Source: an uncultured Bacteroidota bacterium
Lineage (GTDB): Bacteria > Bacteroidota > Ignavibacteria > UBA10030 > UBA6906
Length of the DNA stretch: 64,000 nt
Direction of reading: 5' to 3'
NCBI GenBank assembly: GCA_963700635.1
Contig: CAVOYH010000006.1
Span: 118,013-182,012 of the forward strand
Position 1 is the first letter of the stretch, and every line of letters starts with the position of its first letter. The notes under the pieces are model-generated. The model was not told the origin of the DNA. It saw nothing but the letters and a program-made list of their open reading frames with translations, and did not search any database. Positions 39,594-50,033 of the stretch are shown here, in pieces. Position numbers and translations under genes: made by a program.

Positions 39594-41952
39594 CCCGGGT
39601 AGTCCTCATGGAAAGAAGATTTGCGAGTATTCTGAATGCCCCCGGGTGGATGCTCATCCATTGCGGGCCGAACGCGAGATCCGCGTATGTCTTGCGGCCG
39701 TTCCCGTCCAGCGCGGTTACCAGAAGAGGGTGTTTGCTGTCATACCACACCGGGGTGTCGACCTTTGACCCTCCTGAAATCTTGACGGTGTTATAACCCG
39801 ACGCAAACACCCAATCTTCAAACGCTGACTTCTCCAGGATGTTTGGCGTGCTCATCAACTCGTGAGTCGTGTCCATGATCGCGGGTACATCCGGACTGAG
39901 TGTCGGGTTGTGTTCCAGATGAACCATGTCCCAGAGCGGTGTGGAATTCCAAGCGGACGCGTCCTGGGCGAGTATGATAATATGCCCCCCCCGTTCTGCT
40001 ATCTGATCAACGATGGGACGGATACGCGGAGCATCCGGAGATAATGTTGTCACCCGGCGGTCTATGAGCAGTACATCAAGGTCATCCCGGGCAGCGGAAA
40101 GTCCGGCAGCAGTCCTGAAGGTCCGCACGCTGGAAAGCCCCATTCTCCGGAGCGCGTCCGCTGTGGGACTTGCCTCGATGGACGTAAACAGTCCGACCCT
40201 CATCGTGGTGTCGACATCCAGATCAAACTTACGCGCAGCAAAGCGGGCGACTTCTATTCCCCCGAGCGTGAGAGGAGCCAGATACATCCCTGCGGAGAGA
40301 GAATCCCGCCAGTGCAGATGCAGTGTGTCGGTTTGTGAAAGGCCCTTTTCATTCAGGCGCACGACCTTTGCGGGCGACTGAACAATGATGTCATCCACCA
40401 GGATCGTATCGCGCAGACCATCCCGGCTGTTGTTCGTGAGGCGTGTGACGAGGAATTCACCCTCGATACACCGTACCAGTGGTGTGAGGACTTCGGCAGC
40501 AAGGCGCGGAGCATACCGGATAGGCAGGGAGATTCGGTAGACGAAGTTTTCCTCACGGATTCTCCCTGTGTGAAGCAGGAAGAGCATAACCGGACGGGTG
40601 GTGACGGGATGTTCAAGATTGTGCTCAGCCCATGGAAGATCATAGAGAACCTTCTCGGGAGAAATCACGCGGTATTCACCGGGAACGGTGAGAGGGAGCC
40701 TGTTCCGGATTCCTTCGTTGAGGATCCAGCCGCGTTCTGCCGAAGGAAAGTAGACATCCGTGGTGCCCCCCTCCGGCAACCCTGTTACCGAATGAATCCG
40801 TATGTGGGTCAGCTGCCGCTCCGTCAGGACGTTTTCTGAGAGTGAGTAGTCCACCGTTATCCCGAGCAGCGCATTCCGGAGGTTCTCAAGAGTACCTTTC
40901 CAATCCAGAAGCATTCGCATCCGGATGCCGGACCTTTCGATGGTGGTTCCCAGAGCCTGATCGACCGAGTCCATTACCTTCACCGTGCGCCGGAGGAGTT
41001 CTGCACGAGGCAGGCGTTTTGTCTGAATGTCCCGCCCATAGGACTGTATCACGCCGGATAATCCTTTAAGATCGCGCGGCACCTGCAAATCAACCTGTTC
41101 ATCGAGGCTTCTGGCACGTTTTTCCCCCGGTGAGAGGACAACACTGTATTTCTGTGACGAGGCCCGGGCGCGTCGCTGGATGTACTGCCAGGAGTAGGCA
41201 CTTTCGAGTTCCGGCGTAATACTGCGAATATATCTGGCCGGTTCCGGTGCGATTTTTGTCTGCTGCAGCAGTACGCCCTTGGGCTTACCATCATCCACCC
41301 AGAAGCGTGAGACATGCCATGGATCCCGTTCTTTTTCTACTACAACCGGGAGCGGTGATTTCCGGAGGTGCCCCGGCTTGACGACTTCACGGAGCACCGT
41401 GAGCACGTGTCTCCAGAGCGGGCTTTCTGCGCCGCCTTCCCAGTCGCGTGAGAGCAGGACGATATGGGGTTTTATCGTGGATACGATTCCACGAAGGCTC
41501 TCCCGCAGGGAGTCTGCCGGCAACAATCCCCCCACTCCGGCATCATCTCTGACACTGCCTGGATCGGGGAAATTCAGAAAGCGCACATCCACTTCCAATT
41601 GTCCGAGCGCCGTCGTGGTTGCATTACGCCGGACGGCTGCAAGCTGCCTGGGGAGCATTCCCACGGCGTCGTGTTCCCCGGACTCTCCATTGGTGACGAA
41701 GGCACTCAGAACCTGCGCGCCCCTGCCGAACCGGAAATGGGCAAGTGCCTGGAGGTCTTCATCACCCGGCCGAAGGGATACCATAAGCACCCGGAGTGGG
41801 TTTGTCAGTTCGTGTGCCCGTATTTGTACAGCAACACGTCCGGTGTCAGGAATGAGGGAGCGTGCGCCGGAGTCGGCGAAGGCTGCAGGACCGGCTATTA
41901 CGGCCGCGAGCAGAAGTGCAGCAAAACGGAAGCGGATTGGCATAGAGTTCAT
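39577..41952 (-). CDS. Exported PIG-L/LmbE-like protein with degenerate active site
   Basis: Signal peptide; RVLMVSLRPGDED..VTNGESG..RFLNFPD..IKPHIVL follows the PIG-L pattern; C-terminal GAFRILANLLS resembles Bacteroidota LmbE-like proteins. Confidence 0.6.
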   Translation of the reverse strand: MNSMPIRFRFAALLLAAVIAGPAAFADSGARSLIPDTGRVAVQIRAHELTNPLRVLMVSLRPGDEDLQALAHFRFGRGAQVLSAFVTNGESGEHDAVGMLPRQLAAVRRNATTTALGQLEVDVRFLNFPDPGSVRDDAGVGGLLPADSLRESLRGIVSTIKPHIVLLSRDWEGGAESPLWRHVLTVLREVVKPGHLRKSPLPVVVEKERDPWHVSRFWVDDGKPKGVLLQQTKIAPEPARYIRSITPELESAYSWQYIQRRARASSQKYSVVLSPGEKRARSLDEQVDLQVPRDLKGLSGVIQSYGRDIQTKRLPRAELLRRTVKVMDSVDQALGTTIERSGIRMRMLLDWKGTLENLRNALLGITVDYSLSENVLTERQLTHIRIHSVTGLPEGGTTDVYFPSAERGWILNEGIRNRLPLTVPGEYRVISPEKVLYDLPWAEHNLEHPVTTRPVMLFLLHTGRIREENFVYRISLPIRYAPRLAAEVLTPLVRCIEGEFLVTRLTNNSRDGLRDTILVDDIIVQSPAKVVRLNEKGLSQTDTLHLHWRDSLSAGMYLAPLTLGGIEVARFAARKFDLDVDTTMRVGLFTSIEASPTADALRRMGLSSVRTFRTAAGLSAARDDLDVLLIDRRVTTLSPDAPRIRPIVDQIAERGGHIIILAQDASAWNSTPLWDMVHLEHNPTLSPDVPAIMDTTHELMSTPNILEKSAFEDWVFASGYNTVKISGGSKVDTPVWYDSKHPLLVTALDGNGRKTYADLAFGPQWMSIHPGAFRILANLLSMRTTRDGSHR

Positions 41953-41980
41953 TCTTTAATGTACCAAGAGAAGGGATAAA

Positions 41981-42012
41981 AGAAAAGCTGCCCCTCGCAG
42001 GGCAGCTTTTCT
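41981..42012 (-). terminator. Rho-independent terminator closing the TBDR-T9SS-PorV operon
   Basis: AGAAAAGCTGCCC-loop-GGGCAGCTTTTCT, T-runs on both strands. Confidence 0.85.
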
Positions 42013-42047
42013 TCACACGTTGGATTCTCTACAGCTCTGCAACGACC

Positions 42048-43106
42048 TCAGAATCCAAGCTTTAGAGCCATGGCGATGTTATCGTCAAACAACTCGACCT
42101 GCCGGTAGGCAAAATCGACTCCCAACGAGGCACCACCAGGGATGTCATATACGATACCGAAACCAAGGCTCGCCCGGAAAATGCGATCCTCAGCTTCTTT
42201 TATCTGCGGGACGAATCCGTAACCGGCGCGGGCAAACAGCTGGACGGGATCCAGTTTGATGCCGTATTCGCCGCCGACGCGGTATTCATCTTCGTAGAGG
42301 TTGTTGTTCATGAAGACACCGTTCAGGGTGTACATCATGTTATCCTGGACTTTCCCCTGGTATCCAACACCGATCTCCAGAAGGGACGGCAGTTCGAAGC
42401 CGGCGGCCTCGATCTTGTACCGTTGTTCGGGGCGGTCACCTTCCGTGGTGATGGCAGAGCGATAGAGCCCGCCGCCGTCGAACTTCATCTGGGGACCGAT
42501 GTTTTTCACCGTAATGCCGAGTTGCAGGCCGGCGACACCGACGAGGCCGTCGTACTGCAGGCCGACGTCAAAGGCAAATCCGCTCGCGGAAACGCGGTCA
42601 ATGCGCTCCGAGATAAGTTTTGCCGTCACACCTGCCGAGATGGCATCCGTGAGGGAGCGGCCGTAGGTCAGACCCATGGTCACATACGTGGGGCTGTACA
42701 TCTTCCCGCCGAGTCCTTCAGGGTCATCCACCGTGGTCAGGGGGATATCACCGAAGTCCAGTGATTTGAAACTGATGCCCATGACGCCGAACTCGCCGAA
42801 CTTGGCTGCAACAGCGCCGTAGTTCACGCGGGTATCGCCAATATAGGACATCGTTGAGAACATTGCTTCTGCGGAATAGCCTATGCGGCCGATACCCGCA
42901 GGATTCCAGTGAATAGCTTCGACACCCTTGGAGTTCGCTATGCTTGCTCCACCGAGAGCCATATCACGTGCACCGATCGGGATCAGGAGCTCCGTCGCGG
43001 CTGCGGTGCCGGTTCTCTGGTTCTGGGCGAAGGAGGTGCCAAACGCCATCACCAGCGACACGCAGAGCAATACAGCTCCGATCAGAAGTCTGCTTTTCAT
43101 GCTCAT
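42048..43106 (-). CDS. PorV/PorQ family outer-membrane beta-barrel
   Basis: Signal peptide; GTAAATELLIPIGARDMALGGA, IHWNPAG, amphipathic strands, C-terminal F. Confidence 0.85.
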   Translation of the reverse strand: MSMKSRLLIGAVLLCVSLVMAFGTSFAQNQRTGTAAATELLIPIGARDMALGGASIANSKGVEAIHWNPAGIGRIGYSAEAMFSTMSYIGDTRVNYGAVAAKFGEFGVMGISFKSLDFGDIPLTTVDDPEGLGGKMYSPTYVTMGLTYGRSLTDAISAGVTAKLISERIDRVSASGFAFDVGLQYDGLVGVAGLQLGITVKNIGPQMKFDGGGLYRSAITTEGDRPEQRYKIEAAGFELPSLLEIGVGYQGKVQDNMMYTLNGVFMNNNLYEDEYRVGGEYGIKLDPVQLFARAGYGFVPQIKEAEDRIFRASLGFGIVYDIPGGASLGVDFAYRQVELFDDNIAMALKLGF

Positions 43107-43131
43107 TTCTCCTTTTGTACGTCGTGTTCGT

Positions 43132-46100
43132 TTAGAATACGTCTGGCACTTCCTGTTCCTGGATCACCGCAAGCTTCAGCACTTTAGTAGCGCCGACACC
43201 GGGCATATCAACATGCACAATGTACATGCCGCTTGCCACGGGGAAGTTGTCACGGTTACGCAGATCCCACCGCACGAACTGGGAAGCATCGTCTTTATCG
43301 AGCACGCGTACCAGCTGACCCGCAAGGTTGAAGATGCGGATGGTGGCCTTCGCCGGTAGCTTGTTGAACGTGACGAACTTTGCATTCCGGCTTATTTCCT
43401 GCGGATTGAATGCATAATATGGATTCGGGAACACTCCCACTTTGCCAACATCCTGTTGCGCCAGCGTCTGATCACCTGTCGTGACCGCCGGCGCGGTAAA
43501 CGTGAATGTGTTGGATGCAGTGTTGATGTGGTTCGCCAGAATCAGGAACTCATCGCCGGCTGCATACGAAACAGCACCACGATTCGCCGCTGTGCTCCAC
43601 CACATGACCGGCGTGTCTTCATTCAGCACGTTTTTCGTACAAAGCGGAGACGGTGTGGTTGCATTGTAGGGAACGTCGAAAATGAAGAGCCATTCCCGCG
43701 GACCGGCAGATGCCGTATTGTCCGTCGTCAGGTAGTTCGGCGGCCAGTGTTTGCCATCCACCGTTCCACCCGAGGCATTATTCTCGACGTATCCGACCAT
43801 AAGGCGTGTCGGTGGTGTGGTCTCATCGTTGTACGCAGCCAGGGGAACGCTGTTCGGACGATAGTCCTGATACCCGTAGCTGGTCGTGTTGATGATGAAT
43901 GGGGCGAATTCTGGCTTGGCAGGTGCGGCACTGAAACCGCGTCCATACCGATGTCCGGCCGATGCATTGGGATCACTCGCATTGGTAATGTTGCCGTTCA
44001 GATCCGTTGCCGCCAGCTTAATGCGGACGTTCCGGAGCTTGTCGGGTCCAACACCCCAACCCCAGTTACCATAACCCCAGCCCATAGCACCGTTAAAGCC
44101 TTCCATATGGAACCCATCCGCACCGCCAGCCCACGTCCAACGGCGTGTGCCTGCCGGTATGGAATAGTCTTTCATCCCCGGCGTAGCCGGGCCGGTGACC
44201 TTCACCAGCATACCGTCAACGATGGTATAATTATCATCGCCGGACTGGTTTGCCTGGTTGGCGAGGACTACCTTGTTTGCCGTCACATCGGTCAAATCCC
44301 ACGTGATGTTTCCGGCGCCATCATCTTTGAACTTCACGTTGTACGTGTGACCGTTCACTTTTGACGGATCGATGACGATCGGAATCACCGCACCTTCGCT
44401 GGCTGCACCGCCCGTGGCTACGGTCTGAGTGACGCCTTTTATGGTGTCACCGTATGCCGAAGCGTAACGGCTGCCCGGCTTGGGGCCCTGCGGGACGACG
44501 CGATAGACAACAGGTGAGGACTCGAGCGCTGCAGGTGAGAACCCGCTTGTCGAATACGTGTATGCAGTCACGGCCATAAAGTATTCGGAACCATTATAGA
44601 GGCGACCCACGTCCTTGATGTAGTCCCTGTCCAGCACGAACGAACGTTTTACGCCGCTGTTCGATCCGAACTGAATCGGAACCTGCAGGATGAGTCCGGT
44701 GGCGATATCAAACTGCCGGTCCAGCACAATCGCCGGGTCAGATGTGAGATCGAATGTCGCCAGACGTTTTGCATCCTTCAGCGTAGCACCGGCACTCGGA
44801 TACTGGTACACATTGTACCCTTCAAACGCGTAGTTGCCCGGTTGACTGACCACATTTTCGATGTCCTTGACGCGTTGTTCGTTGGAAGACCATTCCAGAA
44901 CAATTTTCTCGTTGAGTTCGGCAATTTTCACGTCCGGCTGGAGCGGAGATTTTGGCACCGCGAACAGCGCGTTGTATGTGTTCTGCACAAACTCATCGTT
45001 GAACTTCATGACTGCGACGCTGGAGAGGCGGTCAGAACCGAGACCACCCACCACACCGATTACCACTTCCTGCGTGTCACCCGGTGCCATCGTCACGGGG
45101 CCCGAGTTCAGCAGAATGCGGCGGTCACCGGCGGCCAGAGAATAGGTCTCGCCCAGGCCATCCACAAAACCTGTACCCGTCACCGGATCACCCGACAGCG
45201 GGAAGAATGTTTCGGTCACGCCAGGTGGATGCGGGAAGAGCCGGAGTGAGGCCGTGGACGGATCAGGAACATATCCCTGCAGCATCCGGAACCAGCGTTT
45301 CGCCCCTTCATAGGAGAACGGCGGGTCGCTGATCGCGCTTCCTGCCGAGAAATATGCAAATGATGTCATCGGAAGATTCATGAACCCCTGACGGATCTTC
45401 AGATCAAAGACCGCTGAATCGCCGGGAGAGGCGACAATGGGCCCCTGGAGGAAGTCGTAGCCGGCCGCCGGGGGCGGCAGCCCGTACTTCTTGAACTCCG
45501 AATCGATTGGCCCGCCGTTGTACACAAATCCCAGACTCATCGCTGGATCGCAACCGGCAAGGTCGTCACCGGCTCCGCCCAGATCGGGATCGGACCACTG
45601 GCAGAAGTACAGACTGTCGATGTAGAAGCTTCCCAGTTGCGTGCGGGCAGCATCAATCGTGACACCACCTTTATTGATGATCCGGTACTTCTTGAAGTAG
45701 AGGTTTCCCAGAGCATCGGCACGTTTGTAGCCCCAGATGGTGACCTGGAATTCGAGACCCAGTGGGTCGGAACCCCAGGTGCCGGCCGAAGCGACAGGAT
45801 CCAGATCGTTGAAGACGGTCCACATCACCTGGTCTGCCGGTGAATTCGGGTCTGCACCTGCAATACCCGGTTCATCCAGTTTCCGTGCAATCAGACTGTC
45901 AGCGGTAAACAACGCTCCGGCGCTTTCATTGTAGTTGAATGCCGGCGGTTTCTGGTATCCGGGCGTGCCATTACGCTCGACGTATGGCGCACCGTACGCG
46001 ACCGGCCATTCATCCCAGTCTTTTGCATACTGGGCCGTGATGGCCGCTTTTTCCGCCGCGGTCACATCATTGTAGAGTTTTTCGTTTACTTCCGCCGCGT

Positions 46101-46596
46101 CACGCTGGAGATCTTCTGATCCCATCTCAGCATAGTCGCGGCGGATACGGTAGATGCGGACATCGGCATCGGCAGGGTTCGCGCGCGTTGCGGCTGCACC
46201 GGTTCCGATGATCCGTCCTTCACGCGTACCGACGTTATACGACTGCCCGTTCACGCGCATATCCTGCAGCGGGGCGGGCTGGGTCTTTGCTGCATCCAGA
46301 TAGGGCTTGCCACCATAGACAAAACCGTCCTGGTAGATCACCCACGCTGTACTGCGCGGGTAGTACCCGCCATCCCTGTTTGTTGTAGTCCAGTTACCCT
46401 GGCCGGTCGCTTTCATCCAGGTCACGAAGTTATTGATGTTCAGCGGCCGTGCGAGCGGGGTACCGGCGATCTTGGCGAGGGAATTGTCGCTCTTCGGCGG
46501 ATTTGCAGGGTCTTCCTTTGCAATTGCAAAAGAAAACACTGCCACCGTGAGAAGAACCACCACCCTCGGAAGTACTCCGAACAGCATCTTTCTCAT
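43132..46596 (-). CDS. Large secreted protein with T9SS type A-like C-terminal sorting domain
   Basis: Signal peptide; FN3-like segment (IVLEWS..FEGYNVY..YFMAVTAY); CTD VFPNPY..IRIFNLAGQLVR..WDLRN..VASGMYIV..KLAVI. Confidence 0.85.
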   Translation of the reverse strand: MRKMLFGVLPRVVVLLTVAVFSFAIAKEDPANPPKSDNSLAKIAGTPLARPLNINNFVTWMKATGQGNWTTTNRDGGYYPRSTAWVIYQDGFVYGGKPYLDAAKTQPAPLQDMRVNGQSYNVGTREGRIIGTGAAATRANPADADVRIYRIRRDYAEMGSEDLQRDAAEVNEKLYNDVTAAEKAAITAQYAKDWDEWPVAYGAPYVERNGTPGYQKPPAFNYNESAGALFTADSLIARKLDEPGIAGADPNSPADQVMWTVFNDLDPVASAGTWGSDPLGLEFQVTIWGYKRADALGNLYFKKYRIINKGGVTIDAARTQLGSFYIDSLYFCQWSDPDLGGAGDDLAGCDPAMSLGFVYNGGPIDSEFKKYGLPPPAAGYDFLQGPIVASPGDSAVFDLKIRQGFMNLPMTSFAYFSAGSAISDPPFSYEGAKRWFRMLQGYVPDPSTASLRLFPHPPGVTETFFPLSGDPVTGTGFVDGLGETYSLAAGDRRILLNSGPVTMAPGDTQEVVIGVVGGLGSDRLSSVAVMKFNDEFVQNTYNALFAVPKSPLQPDVKIAELNEKIVLEWSSNEQRVKDIENVVSQPGNYAFEGYNVYQYPSAGATLKDAKRLATFDLTSDPAIVLDRQFDIATGLILQVPIQFGSNSGVKRSFVLDRDYIKDVGRLYNGSEYFMAVTAYTYSTSGFSPAALESSPVVYRVVPQGPKPGSRYASAYGDTIKGVTQTVATGGAASEGAVIPIVIDPSKVNGHTYNVKFKDDGAGNITWDLTDVTANKVVLANQANQSGDDNYTIVDGMLVKVTGPATPGMKDYSIPAGTRRWTWAGGADGFHMEGFNGAMGWGYGNWGWGVGPDKLRNVRIKLAATDLNGNITNASDPNASAGHRYGRGFSAAPAKPEFAPFIINTTSYGYQDYRPNSVPLAAYNDETTPPTRLMVGYVENNASGGTVDGKHWPPNYLTTDNTASAGPREWLFIFDVPYNATTPSPLCTKNVLNEDTPVMWWSTAANRGAVSYAAGDEFLILANHINTASNTFTFTAPAVTTGDQTLAQQDVGKVGVFPNPYYAFNPQEISRNAKFVTFNKLPAKATIRIFNLAGQLVRVLDKDDASQFVRWDLRNRDNFPVASGMYIVHVDMPGVGATKVLKLAVIQEQEVPDVF

Positions 46597-46689
46597 TGTT
46601 CGCTACTCCTTGTTGTTAGCCTAAACGTATACTACCGTACACCTCTGTCCAGCGCCCCGCGACGCGGGGTTCCGCCGGATGGAACATCA

Positions 46690-49665
46690 TCAGATTTCGG
46701 CTCTCAGACCAACCCGGATCTGCCGTGGCGTGCCATACACTTCGTTGGTGACACCGTATGCCGCCCAGCGGTTCTCAAGGTTGATTGCACGATAGAATGC
46801 CTCAAACTGCGGAATCGTACGATACGCCGCGGTCAGCGGGTTCGTCATCATCCCGTCATCCTGCGCGCTGCCTGTGGTTGGATACACATTGATGATATGT
46901 TTGGTGTTCAGCAGGTTCAGTACGTTGACGTACACTTCCATGCCGACCGGTCCGAACTTGAACATCTTGCTGACCTGCAGGTCGATGTTGAAAACGAACG
47001 GCGTGGAAGAACTGTTCACCGGCTCCTGCGGAAAACTGAAACGGCCGTCGTTTAACGGTTCAACGCCCACAGTCCAGGGGCTCGATTGACCGAATTGTTT
47101 CATTTCCTGAACCTTCGTGTACGGATGGCCACTGTTAAACGTGGCAAGGATGTTCGCCCCGAATCCGGAGAGAATCGGCCCGCCTTCATCCATACCCCAA
47201 CGGTAGTCCAGCAGGAACGAACCGCGGTGTGTCTGGTCGAAGTCCAGAGGATTGATAAACGACGTCGCCCGCCCGATATTCTGCTCGAGGGCACCGAACG
47301 CCGTCTGGTTGTTCGAGCCGGTACCACGGGCATCAGACAGGGTATAATTGAATTTCGCAGCGAACCTGTTGGTGCGGCGGAGTTCGAGTGTTAATTCGAT
47401 ACCTTTCACCGTACCAAAGTCATCGTTCAGGTAAGCCTTGTACAACTCCACGCCGTTGGCATCCAGGACGGAACGGACCTGAATCTGGTCCTTGATGTCC
47501 TTGTAGAAACCGCTCAACGTGAATGCAAAGTTGCCGCTCAACACCTGGCGGATACCCATTTCATACTGGGTGGTCCGTTCCGGTTTCACGAGGAACCCGA
47601 CGGGTGTCAGATAGGCATTACCACGGCTGATCGGGCTGACGGTACGGCTGAGCACAGTATTGCCGACATAGATGTTGTTAAGGCTCGGCATCTGTGCATA
47701 ATTGCCATACTGCGCGTAAAACACCGTGTTGTCCGTCACCGGGAATGACAGGCTGACGCGCGGGAGGAGCAATTGATACGGATCCACCGCGACCAGCTGG
47801 GTTTCGTCAATGATATCCAGCGTGGAATTGAATTCCGGGTTAAGGGCGTCGGCAAACGTCTTGTGTTTGGGATCAAAGTACTCATAGCGGAGTCCGACGC
47901 TCAAAACGAGGTCACGGTATTCGAACTTGTTCTGCGCATAGCCGCTGATGAAAATCGGTTTGCGCGGAGCGTCCAGACCGTCATCGGCCAGTTCGCCGTC
48001 CACCGTGTACCCGTAGTGGTTCACAGTACCGTTGGCGGATTTCCCAAGCTGTACGCGGCGTTCTTCCGGACTTGCAAAACTCCGGGGTGAGTCGCCCCTG
48101 GTGCCGTACAGATAGCTCATCCGATTCGTGAGGCTCCCGATCGAAAAGAGCCGCATCGTCCAGGTTTCCAGCCGCGCACCGACCCGTATCTCCCAGTTTT
48201 TATTCATCTGGCGGGTCAGGTCGCCGGAAAAGCCCAGTGATTGCTGCTGATTAATCTGGAACGTGTTGTTGGGCCTGAACTCGTTGTTGATCGTAAAACC
48301 GTTGATCACACTGTAGGGCAGGGGTCCGTTCCAGCGGCTCGTAAACCCGGTGTACCCGATGGACGCGTTTGCCGCGCTGTCCATGTAGGCGCTCCAGTTG
48401 GAGCCAAAATCCGGATCCACGGTCTTGTAGGTGCGGCTCGTAAACGATGCACTCACTTCATAGAATGTGGAGGCATCAATCACATGGGTCATCCGCAGAC
48501 TACCGAACATGTTGGTCCGCTCTTCCTTGAAACTACGGCCCTGTGCAAAGACGTCCACCAGCGCATTATTCCAGTCTCCACGGGTCGGATTTTCCTGATA
48601 CGAATAACTACCCGTAAAACGGAACTTCAAGGGCTGCATGTCATACTGAATCGTTCCCTGACCGCTGTTCGTGAAGATCCAGTTGTTGGGAAGGTAGTTT
48701 TCCTGGAATCCAACCGGACCGGGCAGGTCCTTACCGGCACCGCGCGAGTCGTTGACATCGGTCTTGAGGTCAAACTCAAACGGAGTCAGCCAGATGAACC
48801 GGCGGTTCCGGTTGTAGTTGTGCTGTGCGGCCAGAAAGAAGCTCATATTCTGGACACCCGGAACAGGACCACTCACGGTCCCAACCACGTTACGATATCC
48901 AACAGACGATGTGCCGAGGAATTGTTTCCCGGGTTTTGCAAAATCGTCGGTCAGGTAGTCAATGGAACCTTTATAGCTGCTTCCGCCGGTCCGCACGTTT
49001 GTCCGCACGATACCGGACGAAGAGCCGCCGAACTCCGCCGTGTAGCCACCCGACTGGAGCTGCAGTTCCTCGACCGCTTCCTGAATGATAGAGATGTTTT
49101 CACTGTTGAAGAGCGGGTTCGTGACGTTGGCGCCGTCGACAAAATAGGCAACTTCGCCTGCACGGCCGCCGCGGACGTAGAGATTGCCGCCCTGCTGGAC
49201 GACACCCGCCTGCAACGCTACGATATTCTGAATGCCGCGGATCGGCAGATTCTCGATGTCTTCCTGCGTCTGCAAGCGCACCGTGTTGGTGGTGTTACGC
49301 TGGACGAGTGGACGTTCCGCGACAATTTCGACTGCCTGGACCTGGATTGCCGAACTGCTTAGCTTCAGGTCCTGCGTGGTCGTGAGGTTCGAGCTGACAC
49401 GTATATTAGAGACAGTAAGCTGATTGTATCCTACATAGGATACGCGGATCGTGAAGACTCCGGGCGGGACACTGAGGATGATGTACTCCCCATTGATGTC
49501 GCACGCGGCACCGAGGTTGGTTCCCTCAATGAACACGTTCGCGCCAACTAGCGGCTCACCGGAGTCTCTGTCCGTTACCCGCCCGCGCATCTTGCCATCC
49601 TGGGCAAGCAGCAGCGCCGGTAGGAGAACGGCTGCAAACAAAACGGCGAAGAGCTTACGTTGCAT
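46690..49665 (-). CDS. TonB-dependent receptor with N-terminal carboxypeptidase-regulatory-like domain
   Basis: GRVTDRDSGEPLVGANV, plug motifs VRGGRAGEVAYFVDG and GGYTAEFG, barrel motifs PRVSLSF, KPERT, NLLN, PRQIRVG. Confidence 0.92.
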   Translation of the reverse strand: MQRKLFAVLFAAVLLPALLLAQDGKMRGRVTDRDSGEPLVGANVFIEGTNLGAACDINGEYIILSVPPGVFTIRVSYVGYNQLTVSNIRVSSNLTTTQDLKLSSSAIQVQAVEIVAERPLVQRNTTNTVRLQTQEDIENLPIRGIQNIVALQAGVVQQGGNLYVRGGRAGEVAYFVDGANVTNPLFNSENISIIQEAVEELQLQSGGYTAEFGGSSSGIVRTNVRTGGSSYKGSIDYLTDDFAKPGKQFLGTSSVGYRNVVGTVSGPVPGVQNMSFFLAAQHNYNRNRRFIWLTPFEFDLKTDVNDSRGAGKDLPGPVGFQENYLPNNWIFTNSGQGTIQYDMQPLKFRFTGSYSYQENPTRGDWNNALVDVFAQGRSFKEERTNMFGSLRMTHVIDASTFYEVSASFTSRTYKTVDPDFGSNWSAYMDSAANASIGYTGFTSRWNGPLPYSVINGFTINNEFRPNNTFQINQQQSLGFSGDLTRQMNKNWEIRVGARLETWTMRLFSIGSLTNRMSYLYGTRGDSPRSFASPEERRVQLGKSANGTVNHYGYTVDGELADDGLDAPRKPIFISGYAQNKFEYRDLVLSVGLRYEYFDPKHKTFADALNPEFNSTLDIIDETQLVAVDPYQLLLPRVSLSFPVTDNTVFYAQYGNYAQMPSLNNIYVGNTVLSRTVSPISRGNAYLTPVGFLVKPERTTQYEMGIRQVLSGNFAFTLSGFYKDIKDQIQVRSVLDANGVELYKAYLNDDFGTVKGIELTLELRRTNRFAAKFNYTLSDARGTGSNNQTAFGALEQNIGRATSFINPLDFDQTHRGSFLLDYRWGMDEGGPILSGFGANILATFNSGHPYTKVQEMKQFGQSSPWTVGVEPLNDGRFSFPQEPVNSSSTPFVFNIDLQVSKMFKFGPVGMEVYVNVLNLLNTKHIINVYPTTGSAQDDGMMTNPLTAAYRTIPQFEAFYRAINLENRWAAYGVTNEVYGTPRQIRVGLRAEI

Positions 49666-50033
49666 GTGTTACCTCCTCTTGTGTGGGCTTGAAAACCTAC
49701 AACATGTACAACAACAAAACCACGACACCCCGATTATGCAGGACGGCAGGTACTCGGTTCAAGGAACCAGACAATCACGGTACGATAGACACGCACGTGA
49801 ACCTCGGCAATCCCAAGTTCGCCTTGGACTCGCGGTGCTCCATCGCGCCACATTGTCTCTGTGTAAGTATCAGGGGATCCACCTGCAACCGCTGCGATCA
49901 TACGACGATCACATGCACGGGGATAGAACGGTAAGACTGTGGAAAAAGTGTAACAAAGTATGCCGGATACTTCACCTCCTTCGTGTGATTGGAGTTACTG
50001 GTTGTGAGGATGGCTTGGCGTTGGTGGTAAGTG

